DNA of 64,000 bases from Patescibacteria group bacterium AH-259-L05 (lineage in GTDB: Bacteria; Patescibacteriota; Patescibacteriia; UBA2591; UBA6264). Below the pieces are notes generated by a model. The model saw only the letters and a list, made by a program, of their open reading frames with translations. It was not told where the DNA came from and searched no databases. The translations under genes and the position numbers were made by a program. Shown here one piece after another: positions 9,319 to 18,770 of the stretch (the stretch's first letter is position 1; each line of letters opens with the position of its first letter). The DNA lies in the NCBI GenBank assembly GCA_027717985.1, contig JALLOO010000002.1, positions 7,257-71,256 on the forward strand. Reading direction: 5' to 3'.

Positions 9319-9479
9319 AGGTACTAACTTATTACAAATTATGTCATAACTTAGTACTAAGTTACTACAATTTCTACCTATTGTCAATACTAGTTTTCCA
9401 CAGCCTATTTCTAAATATAAATCAAAAACAAAAAGCCAGAAACAATTATATCTCTGACTTTTTAATAAATGTGTTGAGA

Positions 9480-10907
9480 TTAATAATCAAACACTGGATC
9501 AATATCAATCGGAATGCCTTTAAGAGATTTACACATCCGTCTTATTTCATCAGGGACTCCTCCCCATTTATCCACGAACTGCTTAACTACCTCATAGTCA
9601 TTTGCCTGCGACAGTTTATAAAACTCATCGCCTAAGGTACTAATTGCACTGTGGAAACAATCAGGATTAAACTCAAATCCTTGACCACTAAATCGAAATG
9701 CGCCGTGTTTCAAAAGCCAATTGTATTGAACGAGTGTAGCAACCGCATGCGCCTCTTCTAAACTCAATCTGACTTGGCGCAAGCCATCTACAACCCGACT
9801 AATAACAGCATTCTTAGCAATATCCTGCTCTATTATTCCTTGATCAGCCAAGAAAAACAGAAAGAGTATACCAAAGACATCTGCTTTTGCCTCTTCAAAA
9901 GACGGACCAAAATCTAAAAATTCCTTTCTGTCGCCAAATCGAATACTAATTCCATGAGACAACTCGTGTCCGAGCACAAACAGAAAATAAAGATCCTTAT
10001 TAAGTACAGAAACTGCTTCAGAAGATAAGACACGCTTTGCAATAGGAAGTGTCAAAAGATTAAACTTTGCATCCATAACATTCCGCATAAATGTCTTTTT
10101 CGAGCCAACTTGTTCATGAATGTCTTTATCGTTTGGTAAATTACATGCCATAGGAACAAACCCATACAGCGCCCCACCGCTCGCCATAACTTCATCAATA
10201 ACCACCATTGGGATTAGAGTGTTACGCGGCATATACCCATAGTTCTTACCTAGATATGCATCAAACTCTATAGCGAACTGCTGATAATACTGTGCCATTT
10301 GATTTACCTCTTTTTTTACAACACCAACGATACCCTCAAAATCTCGCTTGATACTAAACAATGAATCATCATAACTCTCATACGGGCCGATAATCAATTC
10401 AAAAGGTGCACCAACACATCGTACCCACTCTTTATCAATCTGCTTAAATCCATTGGTGCGAAATGCATGCGCCTTCCCTAATAAAAATTTCTTGAACTGT
10501 GAATGGTCAGTAAACTCTGCTGCCTGTTCAAGTAATTGCGCTATCTCATCAAGTTGCTCTTGATAAACTTCTGAATAAAGAATTGCCCTAAGCCTATCAC
10601 CGTCCCGTTCTACATTAGTAAACGGACTCAAAAGCGCTTCTTTATCTTCAGGATGAACTTTTAGATACGCATCAAACTCTTCACGCGTTAAATCAGGTGG
10701 ATAAAAATTGTTTCCTCTTGATCTATCAAAAACGTCGCCTGTTTCCTCTAAGTCCTGCCTCATCTGCGCAAGATAGATTGGGTTAATCTGATCTACGGCC
10801 TTGATAAGCAACCGAAGCACTTTTCTATCATCTTCTCCAAGATGTGAAATATCTGCCCTAATAGGTGCGCGAATATGTTCATCTGGTTTACCAGTTGCAT
10901 GAGCCAT
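9480..10907 (-). CDS. Peptidase M49 / dipeptidyl peptidase III-like zinc hydrolase
   Basis: IGPYESYDD, NLPND, GSKK, HELSHG, EEAKAD; SD GAGGAGG. Confidence 0.85.
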   Translation of the reverse strand: MAHATGKPDEHIRAPIRADISHLGEDDRKVLRLLIKAVDQINPIYLAQMRQDLEETGDVFDRSRGNNFYPPDLTREEFDAYLKVHPEDKEALLSPFTNVERDGDRLRAILYSEVYQEQLDEIAQLLEQAAEFTDHSQFKKFLLGKAHAFRTNGFKQIDKEWVRCVGAPFELIIGPYESYDDSLFSIKRDFEGIVGVVKKEVNQMAQYYQQFAIEFDAYLGKNYGYMPRNTLIPMVVIDEVMASGGALYGFVPMACNLPNDKDIHEQVGSKKTFMRNVMDAKFNLLTLPIAKRVLSSEAVSVLNKDLYFLFVLGHELSHGISIRFGDRKEFLDFGPSFEEAKADVFGILFLFFLADQGIIEQDIAKNAVISRVVDGLRQVRLSLEEAHAVATLVQYNWLLKHGAFRFSGQGFEFNPDCFHSAISTLGDEFYKLSQANDYEVVKQFVDKWGGVPDEIRRMCKSLKGIPIDIDPVFDY

Positions 10908-11016
10908 TTCATACCTCCTCGTTTTACCTATTGAAAAGAACCAAAATCACCATTGTTAAGTCTATCAAACTTCTCCTCTCTTGTCAACCCCTCAAAGCAA
11001 AAACAGGGACTATAAT

Positions 11017-11178
11017 CTAGCCCCTGCTCTTTTTCCAATACTTGAACGTAAGCCATAAACCTACAAGAAACATGCTTAAACCAAGATAGGGAAATTCCTT
11101 CAGTAAAAATATTTCAAAAAGCGACTCTGACACGCTCAACGCCCACCATATCACAATACCAATGCGCTCTTTCGTCAT
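11017..11178 (-). CDS. Small membrane protein, 53 aa (MTKERIGIVIWWALSV...KYWKKSRG)
   Basis: SD AAGGAGG 4 nt before ATG, two hydrophobic stretches, stop within a terminator hairpin; below the ORF-track cutoff. Confidence 0.6.
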   Translation of the reverse strand: MTKERIGIVIWWALSVSESLFEIFLLKEFPYLGLSMFLVGLWLTFKYWKKSRG

Positions 11179-11196
11179 TATGTCCTCCTTGTTTAT

Positions 11197-11272
11197 ATAA
11201 GAACCTGCTCGCTCCGCTCACAGAACCTTGAAGTTTGGAAGGGGCGATATTTGTATTCAAACTTTAAGAACC
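11197..11272 (+). repeat. Family B repeat (TAAGAACC-hairpin-AGAACCTTGAAGTTTG...CAAACTTTAAG)
   Basis: Related copies at about 13864, 37393, 44679, 45770, 50221, 55976. Confidence 0.75.
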
Positions 11273-11309
11273 ACTTCATAAGTATAATACCATAAAAAAT
11301 AACCTTTAG

Positions 11310-12563
11310 TCAAGTAGTATTCTTCATTTTCTCAATTGCAGGCAACACTATCCTTTCTATAGCTTGTCGGGAGTGTTGATAATAAGGTTTCCATGCTCGC
11401 TTGGCAAAATAATGCCAGCCAACACAAGAATGAACTGCTGGTAATGTGCTCTTTAAAACTTTTTTAAACTCTTTATCTTTCAATGCTTTTTGCAATCCTC
11501 CGTATTTTTTAACTTTTTGTCGAAAAATAAAATTGTATTCTTTAACTAATTCCTGCCACTCTACAATTCTTCTTCTTCTTAAAGGTTTCCGTTTTCTCCA
11601 CATTCTTCCATATTTATTTGGCTGCCACCATGGAAACGGGTCTTTTGGTGTTGAATCCATTTCCCATGACGCAGGTAAAATCTTAGAAATAGGAAATGAT
11701 TTCGCTTTTGACCAATTAAATTGTGAGGGTAGACAAAAATCTATTTTATCCTTTACTTTTACAAACACCCCCATATCTTTTGCCTTTGATCTTTGATCGA
11801 TTTTCCGTAAGCCTTTTTTTGAACCTGCATTTTCCCAATCCCGCATTAAAACAAAGACATTTTTCTGCAAATACTCTAATACTTGTAAAAAAATTTTAGG
11901 TGAATGAACTGTTCTGCGAACCCGAGCCCATACCAGATCTTCTGGTAAGTGTTGCGGCCGCCTCACATATTTGGGTCGTTTCCGATAATCCTCAGCATTC
12001 ATAAACAAATCTTTAAATAAACAACTATAGACTATTGCGCGTTGGTATCCATCCCTGAACTTAATACACACGGGCCCATGAAAATTATATCTCCCCAACG
12101 ATTTATCAGGAATTAAAAGTATAAGATCGGGAAATATTTCATGGACTATTTTAAGTGTACGTTTATCTACAGCCCCTTCTGGCGGCCAAAACCATGTTGC
12201 TTTGCCTAAAAATTTTTCAACAACCTCTCGATCCAAAATAATCTGGGCTCGGATTAAATCGCTTGATAACATAGGCAAGATAGCATGAGAATAAGCGCTC
12301 GTTCCAATTTCAATGTTCCCGTATTGTTTAGCAATTTTTAAATTTGCAAGCGTCTTTGTAGCCAATTGCCCAATATCTGAACTCGCTCCCAACCATGATT
12401 CAATGGTCCACCCCTGAAGCTGAACGCCACGCAGAATTATACCATGCTTCATAGCTAAAGAAGTGGGTAAAAACTTGACCGTAAGATTTGTTTTCACCCA
12501 CTTCGGTATAAATGTTTTTGGATCAAATGGCTGATAGCCATGAATTAAATCATAAAAATGCAT
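11310..12563 (-). CDS. Divergent GH57-family protein
   Basis: HGYQP, YSHAILPML, FWPPE, RDWEN. Confidence 0.75.
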   Translation of the reverse strand: MHFYDLIHGYQPFDPKTFIPKWVKTNLTVKFLPTSLAMKHGIILRGVQLQGWTIESWLGASSDIGQLATKTLANLKIAKQYGNIEIGTSAYSHAILPMLSSDLIRAQIILDREVVEKFLGKATWFWPPEGAVDKRTLKIVHEIFPDLILLIPDKSLGRYNFHGPVCIKFRDGYQRAIVYSCLFKDLFMNAEDYRKRPKYVRRPQHLPEDLVWARVRRTVHSPKIFLQVLEYLQKNVFVLMRDWENAGSKKGLRKIDQRSKAKDMGVFVKVKDKIDFCLPSQFNWSKAKSFPISKILPASWEMDSTPKDPFPWWQPNKYGRMWRKRKPLRRRRIVEWQELVKEYNFIFRQKVKKYGGLQKALKDKEFKKVLKSTLPAVHSCVGWHYFAKRAWKPYYQHSRQAIERIVLPAIEKMKNTT

Positions 12564-12576
12564 AATTTAAATTATT

Positions 12577-13800
12577 TTACTTCCAATCAGAAATTGTTTC
12601 AATAACTATATATTTACCAGATATTTCTCGCTGCCCTATCTCCTCCAATATATTCTGATGAATCTTTTCAACCTTTCGTAATTCAGGATCTGATAAATTT
12701 GATTTCAAAAGAGACGCTATTTTCAAAAACTTCTCAACATTGATCTTAATTATATTTGGATTCCACCATGGCTTCGCACTTGCCCACCAATATTGATCAG
12801 AGGCAAACGCCTTGTCTAATAACTTTCTCGCCCTTTTGTACTGAGGGCTATTATCGTATTTCTTAATTAATTTAATAATAAAATGAGTTAACTGCCATTG
12901 TAATTTATGAAGATCATTATCTGGATGAGACCATAATGCATATGGTATGTCCTGCTTTAAATCCTTTATCTCTGATGCCCAACTACAAGCTAAAGGATCA
13001 ATCTGTTTAATCGGAGTATCTTTTAATAAATGCAAATATTGGGAATAAGTAATCGTTTTAATCTCTTTCTGGTCTAAAATCTTTGCCCATATATCAATTA
13101 AATGCGCGCGGTGATGTCCTAAGGTCTCTCCGTCAAATGCAGTGACTAAAAATGTGTCTGATCGTCCGTCGTGTTTCACGCTTTGAAGAAACTTATCAAC
13201 CGAATCTAACCATGTCCCAAAAAAGATTAAACTTACTCCACGATTTCGAAAAGTCACTTTAAGATTTTTTTTCTTACCTTGATTTCGAAATAAATCCTTT
13301 ATTTCGTATCGTCTATTAAATGAAACATGATTAAATGTATTATCATATGCAATCTCATCTAAAACAATCCATTCATATCCTAAACTTTGAATAATACGCG
13401 CAGTTTTTTTATCATATGCTAACTCTGGCAAAAAAAATCCTTTTGGCCGCGGCCGCCACACACTTTTAAAATACTTTTGATTAATATTTTCATTCAGCTT
13501 TATTTGACGGATTATTTCTGATTTTGATAAAAACGGTAAAATTGGATGATACTTGGCTGATCCAACAAACTCAATTTGACCATTTTCAGCCAACTTTTTA
13601 ATCCGCTCAAGTATATGTATATATCCATACTCGACCAGCTTCTCTGTTAAGCTTGCGCAAATATTTAAGGTAATTTTTGCATTTGGCCGTGCTTCTAAAA
13701 TAGACAAAATCTTATCATACGATTCAGTTACTACTTTATGTATAATTTTTTTTGTTTGAAAATATGGCTGATAAATGTGTAATAAATTTGCCCAATACAT
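12577..13800 (-). CDS. GH57-family glycoside hydrolase
   Basis: HIYQP, YHPILP, FFLPELA, FDGETLGHH, SDQYWW. Confidence 0.88.
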   Translation of the reverse strand: MYWANLLHIYQPYFQTKKIIHKVVTESYDKILSILEARPNAKITLNICASLTEKLVEYGYIHILERIKKLAENGQIEFVGSAKYHPILPFLSKSEIIRQIKLNENINQKYFKSVWRPRPKGFFLPELAYDKKTARIIQSLGYEWIVLDEIAYDNTFNHVSFNRRYEIKDLFRNQGKKKNLKVTFRNRGVSLIFFGTWLDSVDKFLQSVKHDGRSDTFLVTAFDGETLGHHRAHLIDIWAKILDQKEIKTITYSQYLHLLKDTPIKQIDPLACSWASEIKDLKQDIPYALWSHPDNDLHKLQWQLTHFIIKLIKKYDNSPQYKRARKLLDKAFASDQYWWASAKPWWNPNIIKINVEKFLKIASLLKSNLSDPELRKVEKIHQNILEEIGQREISGKYIVIETISDWK

Positions 13801-13864
13801 ATTATGTTTCCTTTTTTTGATTAAAATTAAATTACATTAATTTATATACAATGAAAATTTAATT

Positions 13865-15364
13865 TCAAGGTTCTGACGAGCGAAGCGAGGAATGGTTCTT
13901 ATTATTTTGTCTTGTTTCGCGAATAACCCTTCTATAGAGGGTTACATATTTTTTGGCAGGAAGCTTCCATGAATATGATTCTTTCATGGCACGACGCACC
14001 AATGTTTTCCACGCTCCCCGACGTTTATAATCTTCTAATGCACGCGCAATGGCAAATAAAAGATCTTGAGACGTATACGAGGTAAACACAAACCCATTGC
14101 CTCTGCCTGTTTGGGGATTGTAGTCACTAATCGTATCAAGTAATCCACCGACCGCGTGCACAATAGGAATGGATCCATAGCGCAAGCTAATTAATTGCGA
14201 AATCCCACATGGTTCAAAACGAGATGGCATTAAATAAATATCTGAAGCAGCATATACCTTTCTCCCAATATGCTCTTGAAACGGTGAAAAAAATAATAAA
14301 TTTTTACGGTGCTTTCGCGCAGCTTTTCTTAAAAAATCTCTATATACCCCGCCACCGCTCCCTACAATAGCAATTTGTACATCAAGTTTCAAAAGATAAT
14401 CAAGTATATCAATAATTAATTCAAATCCTTTTTGCTCAGTCAATCGATTCGCTAAACCGATCAAGGGCGCTTTAGGATCAACTCTTAAACCAAATCGTTT
14501 TTGCAGCAACACCTTATTCTCACTCTTTTTTTCTAATGAACTTGCATCGTAATTTACATACACATCTTCATCAAATTGCGGATTAAAAATAGTATAATCA
14601 ACACCATTGATAATACCATATAAATCTTTTTTTCTTCCCCGTAAATAACTATCTACATTACATCCATGTTCGGGGGTTAATATTTCCTGTGCATATCGCG
14701 GACTGACGGTATTAATAAGATCGCTGTAGAGAATACCGCGCAGCGCAAAATTAAGCCAATGTAATTGATCTTTATCATGGGGCGGCAAACCCTTTCCATT
14801 ATCTTTTTTCTCTGGCGGAATCTTCCACCAATCTTCTGGTCCTTGAAATAATAAATTATGAATAGTGAAAAGTGTTCCAATATTTTTAAGCGTGTCATCA
14901 CGATTGTATTGTAATTTCAAATAATTAGGAATAAGTCCCGCATGCCAATCATGAGCATGAATAACCTGCGGCTTAAGTCCTAAAACCTTAAGTAGTTTAA
15001 GGGACGCAAGGTTAAATAATAAAAAACGAAGACCGTCGTCTTCATACCCATACAATTTATGCCGTGAACCAAATAATTCTCGCTGGCAAATAAATATAAC
15101 CGGATATTTATCAGGACATATTATTTTCTTAAACCCAAACCTGTATTCTTTCCCTCCAAATTCTACTGAAATCCTTTCCTTTAAATTCTCCATACCCCAT
15201 CCTTTTTTACCAATAAACCCATAATACGGAGTAAATACGACTATTTCATGTCCTAGTCGAACTAATGCACGCGGCAAAGATCGCGCCACATCAGCAAGCC
15301 CACCGCTTTTTGAATACGGAGAAATCTCAGAACTTACATGAACAATTTTTAAAGGCCGTACCAT
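13865..15364 (-). CDS. glgA: Glycogen synthase (GT5)
   Basis: KSGGLADV, HAHDWH, TIHN, EQKG, PSRFEPCG. Confidence 0.95.
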   Translation of the reverse strand: MVRPLKIVHVSSEISPYSKSGGLADVARSLPRALVRLGHEIVVFTPYYGFIGKKGWGMENLKERISVEFGGKEYRFGFKKIICPDKYPVIFICQRELFGSRHKLYGYEDDGLRFLLFNLASLKLLKVLGLKPQVIHAHDWHAGLIPNYLKLQYNRDDTLKNIGTLFTIHNLLFQGPEDWWKIPPEKKDNGKGLPPHDKDQLHWLNFALRGILYSDLINTVSPRYAQEILTPEHGCNVDSYLRGRKKDLYGIINGVDYTIFNPQFDEDVYVNYDASSLEKKSENKVLLQKRFGLRVDPKAPLIGLANRLTEQKGFELIIDILDYLLKLDVQIAIVGSGGGVYRDFLRKAARKHRKNLLFFSPFQEHIGRKVYAASDIYLMPSRFEPCGISQLISLRYGSIPIVHAVGGLLDTISDYNPQTGRGNGFVFTSYTSQDLLFAIARALEDYKRRGAWKTLVRRAMKESYSWKLPAKKYVTLYRRVIRETRQNNKNHSSLRSSEP

Positions 15365-15368
15365 ATAT

Positions 15369-15851
15369 CTATGTTAGATACTTTTTAGTTTGTATACACG
15401 TTATTGCCACTGCTAATGCATCAGCAGCATCATCTGGTTTTGGGATATCTTCCAGTTCAAGAATAAGTTTAACCATTTTTTGAACTTGTACTTTTGTTGC
15501 CCGTCCATATCCAGTTAATGATTGTTTTACTTGTAATGGGGTAAACTCGAAAATCTGCGCTCTGCTTTGAGAGCATGCCAATACGACAACGCCGCGTGCT
15601 TCACTAACTTTCATGGCTGTTTTTACGTTTTTTGCAAAATAAATATTTTCTATCGCAATTGTATCAAGCTTATATTTTTTAAGTATTTTCCTTAAGTCAG
15701 TATAAATTTTAAACAATCTATCAGCATGTTCATCTTCTTTACTGGTTCTAATACAACCATACTCAATCATAAATAATTGATTATTTTTTGCCGTCTTAAT
15801 AATTCCGTATCCAGTAATCGCAATTCCTGGATCAATACCCAAAATAGTCAT
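15369..15851 (-). CDS. ruvC: Holliday junction resolvase
   Basis: ILGIDPG, GYGRATK.QV, DDAADALAVA. Confidence 0.96.
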   Translation of the reverse strand: MTILGIDPGIAITGYGIIKTAKNNQLFMIEYGCIRTSKEDEHADRLFKIYTDLRKILKKYKLDTIAIENIYFAKNVKTAMKVSEARGVVVLACSQSRAQIFEFTPLQVKQSLTGYGRATKVQVQKMVKLILELEDIPKPDDAADALAVAITCIQTKKYLT

Positions 15852-15853
15852 AA

Positions 15854-16576
15854 TTACTTTATATTAGTATAGTAATCGCTTACATCTGGCTCATCATCAA
15901 GCTCTTCAAATATACTATCAACTTTTTTTTGAGCCTGTTCACTAATACTAATTAAATCTTTGGCAAACCATTCTACTTCTGCATAATCTACTTCAATACC
16001 TTGTTTTTCAAGATCTTTTTTAACTTTTTCTAAATATTCTGGGCTCGTATAGATTACTAATTCATCATCTTCTTCACTTATATCTTGTGCACCTGCTTCA
16101 ATTACCTTGAGTTGAATATCTTGTTTTTTCTCATCATCCATGTCAAGAACAATACGTATAATGCCTTTCCTTTCAAACATCCATAGAACAGAATTTTGTT
16201 CGCCTAATTTACCTCCATATTTATTAAAAATTCGGCGCAAACTGCCGAGTGTTCTATTTTTATTATCAGTTAATGCCTCAATAACGATTACTGATCCTCC
16301 TGGGCCAAATGCTTCATATAACACTTCCTCAATTTTCTCTCCTGCAAGCTCACCAGTACCGCGTTTAATAGCACGCGCAATATTATCTTTAGGAAGATTA
16401 GCTTTTTTTGCCTTCTCGATAGCTAAACGCAGCTTAAAATTGGCCTCTGGATCACCACCGCCAACTCGAGCCGCAATCGTAATCAAGTGTCCTAGCTTGG
16501 TACGCAAAGCACCTTTTTTAATATCGGTTGCACCCTTAGAATGCTTTAATTTGCTCCAGCGGGAATGTCCACTCAT
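15854..16576 (-). CDS. yebC: YebC/PmpR family protein
   Basis: MSGHSRW, YEAFGPGG, TDNKNRT; conserved adjacency to ruvC. Confidence 0.95.
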   Translation of the reverse strand: MSGHSRWSKLKHSKGATDIKKGALRTKLGHLITIAARVGGGDPEANFKLRLAIEKAKKANLPKDNIARAIKRGTGELAGEKIEEVLYEAFGPGGSVIVIEALTDNKNRTLGSLRRIFNKYGGKLGEQNSVLWMFERKGIIRIVLDMDDEKKQDIQLKVIEAGAQDISEEDDELVIYTSPEYLEKVKKDLEKQGIEVDYAEVEWFAKDLISISEQAQKKVDSIFEELDDEPDVSDYYTNIK

Positions 16577-16594
16577 AAAATTTCTTTTAAAATA

Positions 16595-17251
16595 TTACCT
16601 TTTCATTAAACTTAATTGATACTCTTTTACCTCTTTGCGTAAATATTTTTTTACTCTTGGCCAAGAATAACTTGAATCAAAAACTCTAATACGCCGACTG
16701 CGTGTAGCAGGAGTAGATTTTTCAGCATCAACAAAATAAATAAGTCCCCTCAGAGCCGTTAATACATTAAAGGTTGGATACTTCTCTTTTGTTAATCTTA
16801 TAATCTTTTTAAGGCCCATTTTCTGAATTAAATAATACATATCAATAAAATCTCTCTTAGTTCCTCTCTGAACAATGGCAGCTACTTTCATAGCTGCGAT
16901 ATCTTCAACAGAAGCTACAGGCACGCCGGAAATTAAAACCTTCGGGCGAATCAAAGCATATGGATAATAAAAACAACTAATGTCTACGCCCTGAACGCTT
17001 AATATTAATGTATCTTGCTCTATAACATCCTCTTCAATATCTTCTATAGAGAAGTGTCTATAAAAATCTTTTATTAATAAACGTCCATCAAATTTCTCAG
17101 GACTATAAAAATCAAAATCCTGGGATGTTCGATGGCCCATCTGTAAAGCCAATGCTGTCCCGCCAGATAAATACCCTCCACGTTCTTTAAGAAAAGTTAA
17201 TTTCTCAAAAACTTTTCTTTTTTGATAACTTAAAATAGTCTTTAAATACAT
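16595..17251 (-). CDS. AbiEii-family nucleotidyltransferase (toxin-like)
   Basis: LSGGTALAL..GHR.S.DFDF, DIAAMK, RGTKRDFID. Confidence 0.85.
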   Translation of the reverse strand: MYLKTILSYQKRKVFEKLTFLKERGGYLSGGTALALQMGHRTSQDFDFYSPEKFDGRLLIKDFYRHFSIEDIEEDVIEQDTLILSVQGVDISCFYYPYALIRPKVLISGVPVASVEDIAAMKVAAIVQRGTKRDFIDMYYLIQKMGLKKIIRLTKEKYPTFNVLTALRGLIYFVDAEKSTPATRSRRIRVFDSSYSWPRVKKYLRKEVKEYQLSLMKR

Positions 17252-17549
17252 CAAAGCGCGGATTAATATCTAAAATAGCCCATTTATAAACTTGTTTAGG
17301 GATCTTCACATCTAAAATTTTAGCCCAATAATTAAGAGATTTAGGGAACCACATCCCTCGTCTTGGATTTTTAACAACTTCAACAATATCTTGCTTTTTA
17401 TATGTTTTAAAAAGCCATTTCACTGCCCTTATATTACCACGATTTAAAACCTGTTGAATAATCAACTCTTTGTCATCGGGATCATAAGGATCCATTTGAG
17501 AAATGTCATACGACCACAAACATGTTTGTAAAAATTTAGGTAAAGCCAT
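17205..17549 (-). CDS. DUF6922-like partner of AbiEii (antitoxin-like)
   Basis: LWSYD...IIQQVLNRG...WL..Y pattern; overlaps the AbiEii start. Confidence 0.7.
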   Translation of the reverse strand: MALPKFLQTCLWSYDISQMDPYDPDDKELIIQQVLNRGNIRAVKWLFKTYKKQDIVEVVKNPRRGMWFPKSLNYWAKILDVKIPKQVYKWAILDINPRFDVFKDYFKLSKKKSF

Positions 17550-17636
17550 ATATTAATTTATTTATTCTATACCCTTATTGTACCATAAATAGACCCAAAA
17601 AGCAAGATAGACACATACCTATTTTAGTGCTACAAT

Positions 17637-18770
17637 ATGTATGAACTCATAAATCTTAAATTTGCAATCATGTCTACGCTTGATGATATAAATAAAATCA
17701 AACAACTTGATACATCAGGTATGGCTGATTTTATTGCTGATCTCCCCAACCAAATCCTCAAAGCATATAAACAAAGCCAGAAAATAAAATTGCCTAAAAA
17801 TTTTAAAAATATCTCAAATATTGTCGCCTGCGGCATGGGCGGTTCAGCTATTGGCGGTGACGTAGTCAAGGCACTGATTGATAATCAATTATCATTGCCG
17901 TTTATTATAAACCGCTCGTATCAATTGTCCCAAACAGTCAATAAAAACAGCTTGGTGTTTTTAGTTAGTTTTTCAGGCAATACCCAAGAAACCTTATCCT
18001 GCGCGAAAGTTGCAATACAGAAAAAAGCGCATATATTTGTTATCACCAGCGGTGGAAAACTATTAGTACTCGCTCAAGAAAAAAAAATACCCTTATTTAC
18101 ATTTTCATATAAAGGTCCGCCCCGCGCAAGCTTAGGCTATTTATTTATACCCATACTTATAACGTTAGAAAAACTTGGTCTTGTTAATCTTGATGCATTC
18201 AACATCACAGAATCAATTGAAAAACTAAAAAAATTTAACCAGCTATTTTACCCAGAAACGCCAAGCGAAAAAAATATTGCAAAATACTTAGCATATTTTA
18301 TATTTGACCATCTCCCTATTATTATTGCCCCTGAAGAGCTTAATGGTATTGCAAGACGCTTTAAAACACAAATGGCAGAAAATGCAAAAACATTTTCTTT
18401 TTTTGAAACTGCTCCTGAAATTTTTCACAATTCTATTGAAAGCCAATTTCCGTGGCGATTAAAAGATGATATTGTTTTTTTAATTCTCTCTCCTTTGTCT
18501 TCCCGCGCTTCGCGCGGGAAGACAAGAGAAGAAATGTCATCCCGAGCGCAGTCAAGGGAAGAAAAATTCATCACTGTTTTTAAAAAATTATTAGATAAAG
18601 AAAATATTCGCTGGGAAGCAATACCTGCATCTGGAGATAACGTATTTCTCAATATACTCTCTTTTATTCTTGCGGGTGATTGGATTAGTTTTTATTTGTC
18701 TATCCTTAATGAAACTGACCCCACGCCTGTTAAAAAAATACAATGGCTCAAGCGTCAAATAAAACAATGA
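17637..18770 (+). CDS. Bifunctional phosphoglucose/phosphomannose isomerase (SIS)
   Basis: GMGGSAIGG, SFSGNTQET, TSGG.L, ENAK, PE..HN, DPTPV; start may be ATG 17670. Confidence 0.92.
   Translation: MYELINLKFAIMSTLDDINKIKQLDTSGMADFIADLPNQILKAYKQSQKIKLPKNFKNISNIVACGMGGSAIGGDVVKALIDNQLSLPFIINRSYQLSQTVNKNSLVFLVSFSGNTQETLSCAKVAIQKKAHIFVITSGGKLLVLAQEKKIPLFTFSYKGPPRASLGYLFIPILITLEKLGLVNLDAFNITESIEKLKKFNQLFYPETPSEKNIAKYLAYFIFDHLPIIIAPEELNGIARRFKTQMAENAKTFSFFETAPEIFHNSIESQFPWRLKDDIVFLILSPLSSRASRGKTREEMSSRAQSREEKFITVFKKLLDKENIRWEAIPASGDNVFLNILSFILAGDWISFYLSILNETDPTPVKKIQWLKRQIKQ
18495..18559. repeat. Family A palindrome inserted in frame in PGI/PMI
   Basis: Perfect 14-bp inverted repeat TTGTCTTCCCGCGC-ttc-GCGCGGGAAGACAA, then TGTCATCCCGAGCG. 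Confidence 0.8.
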
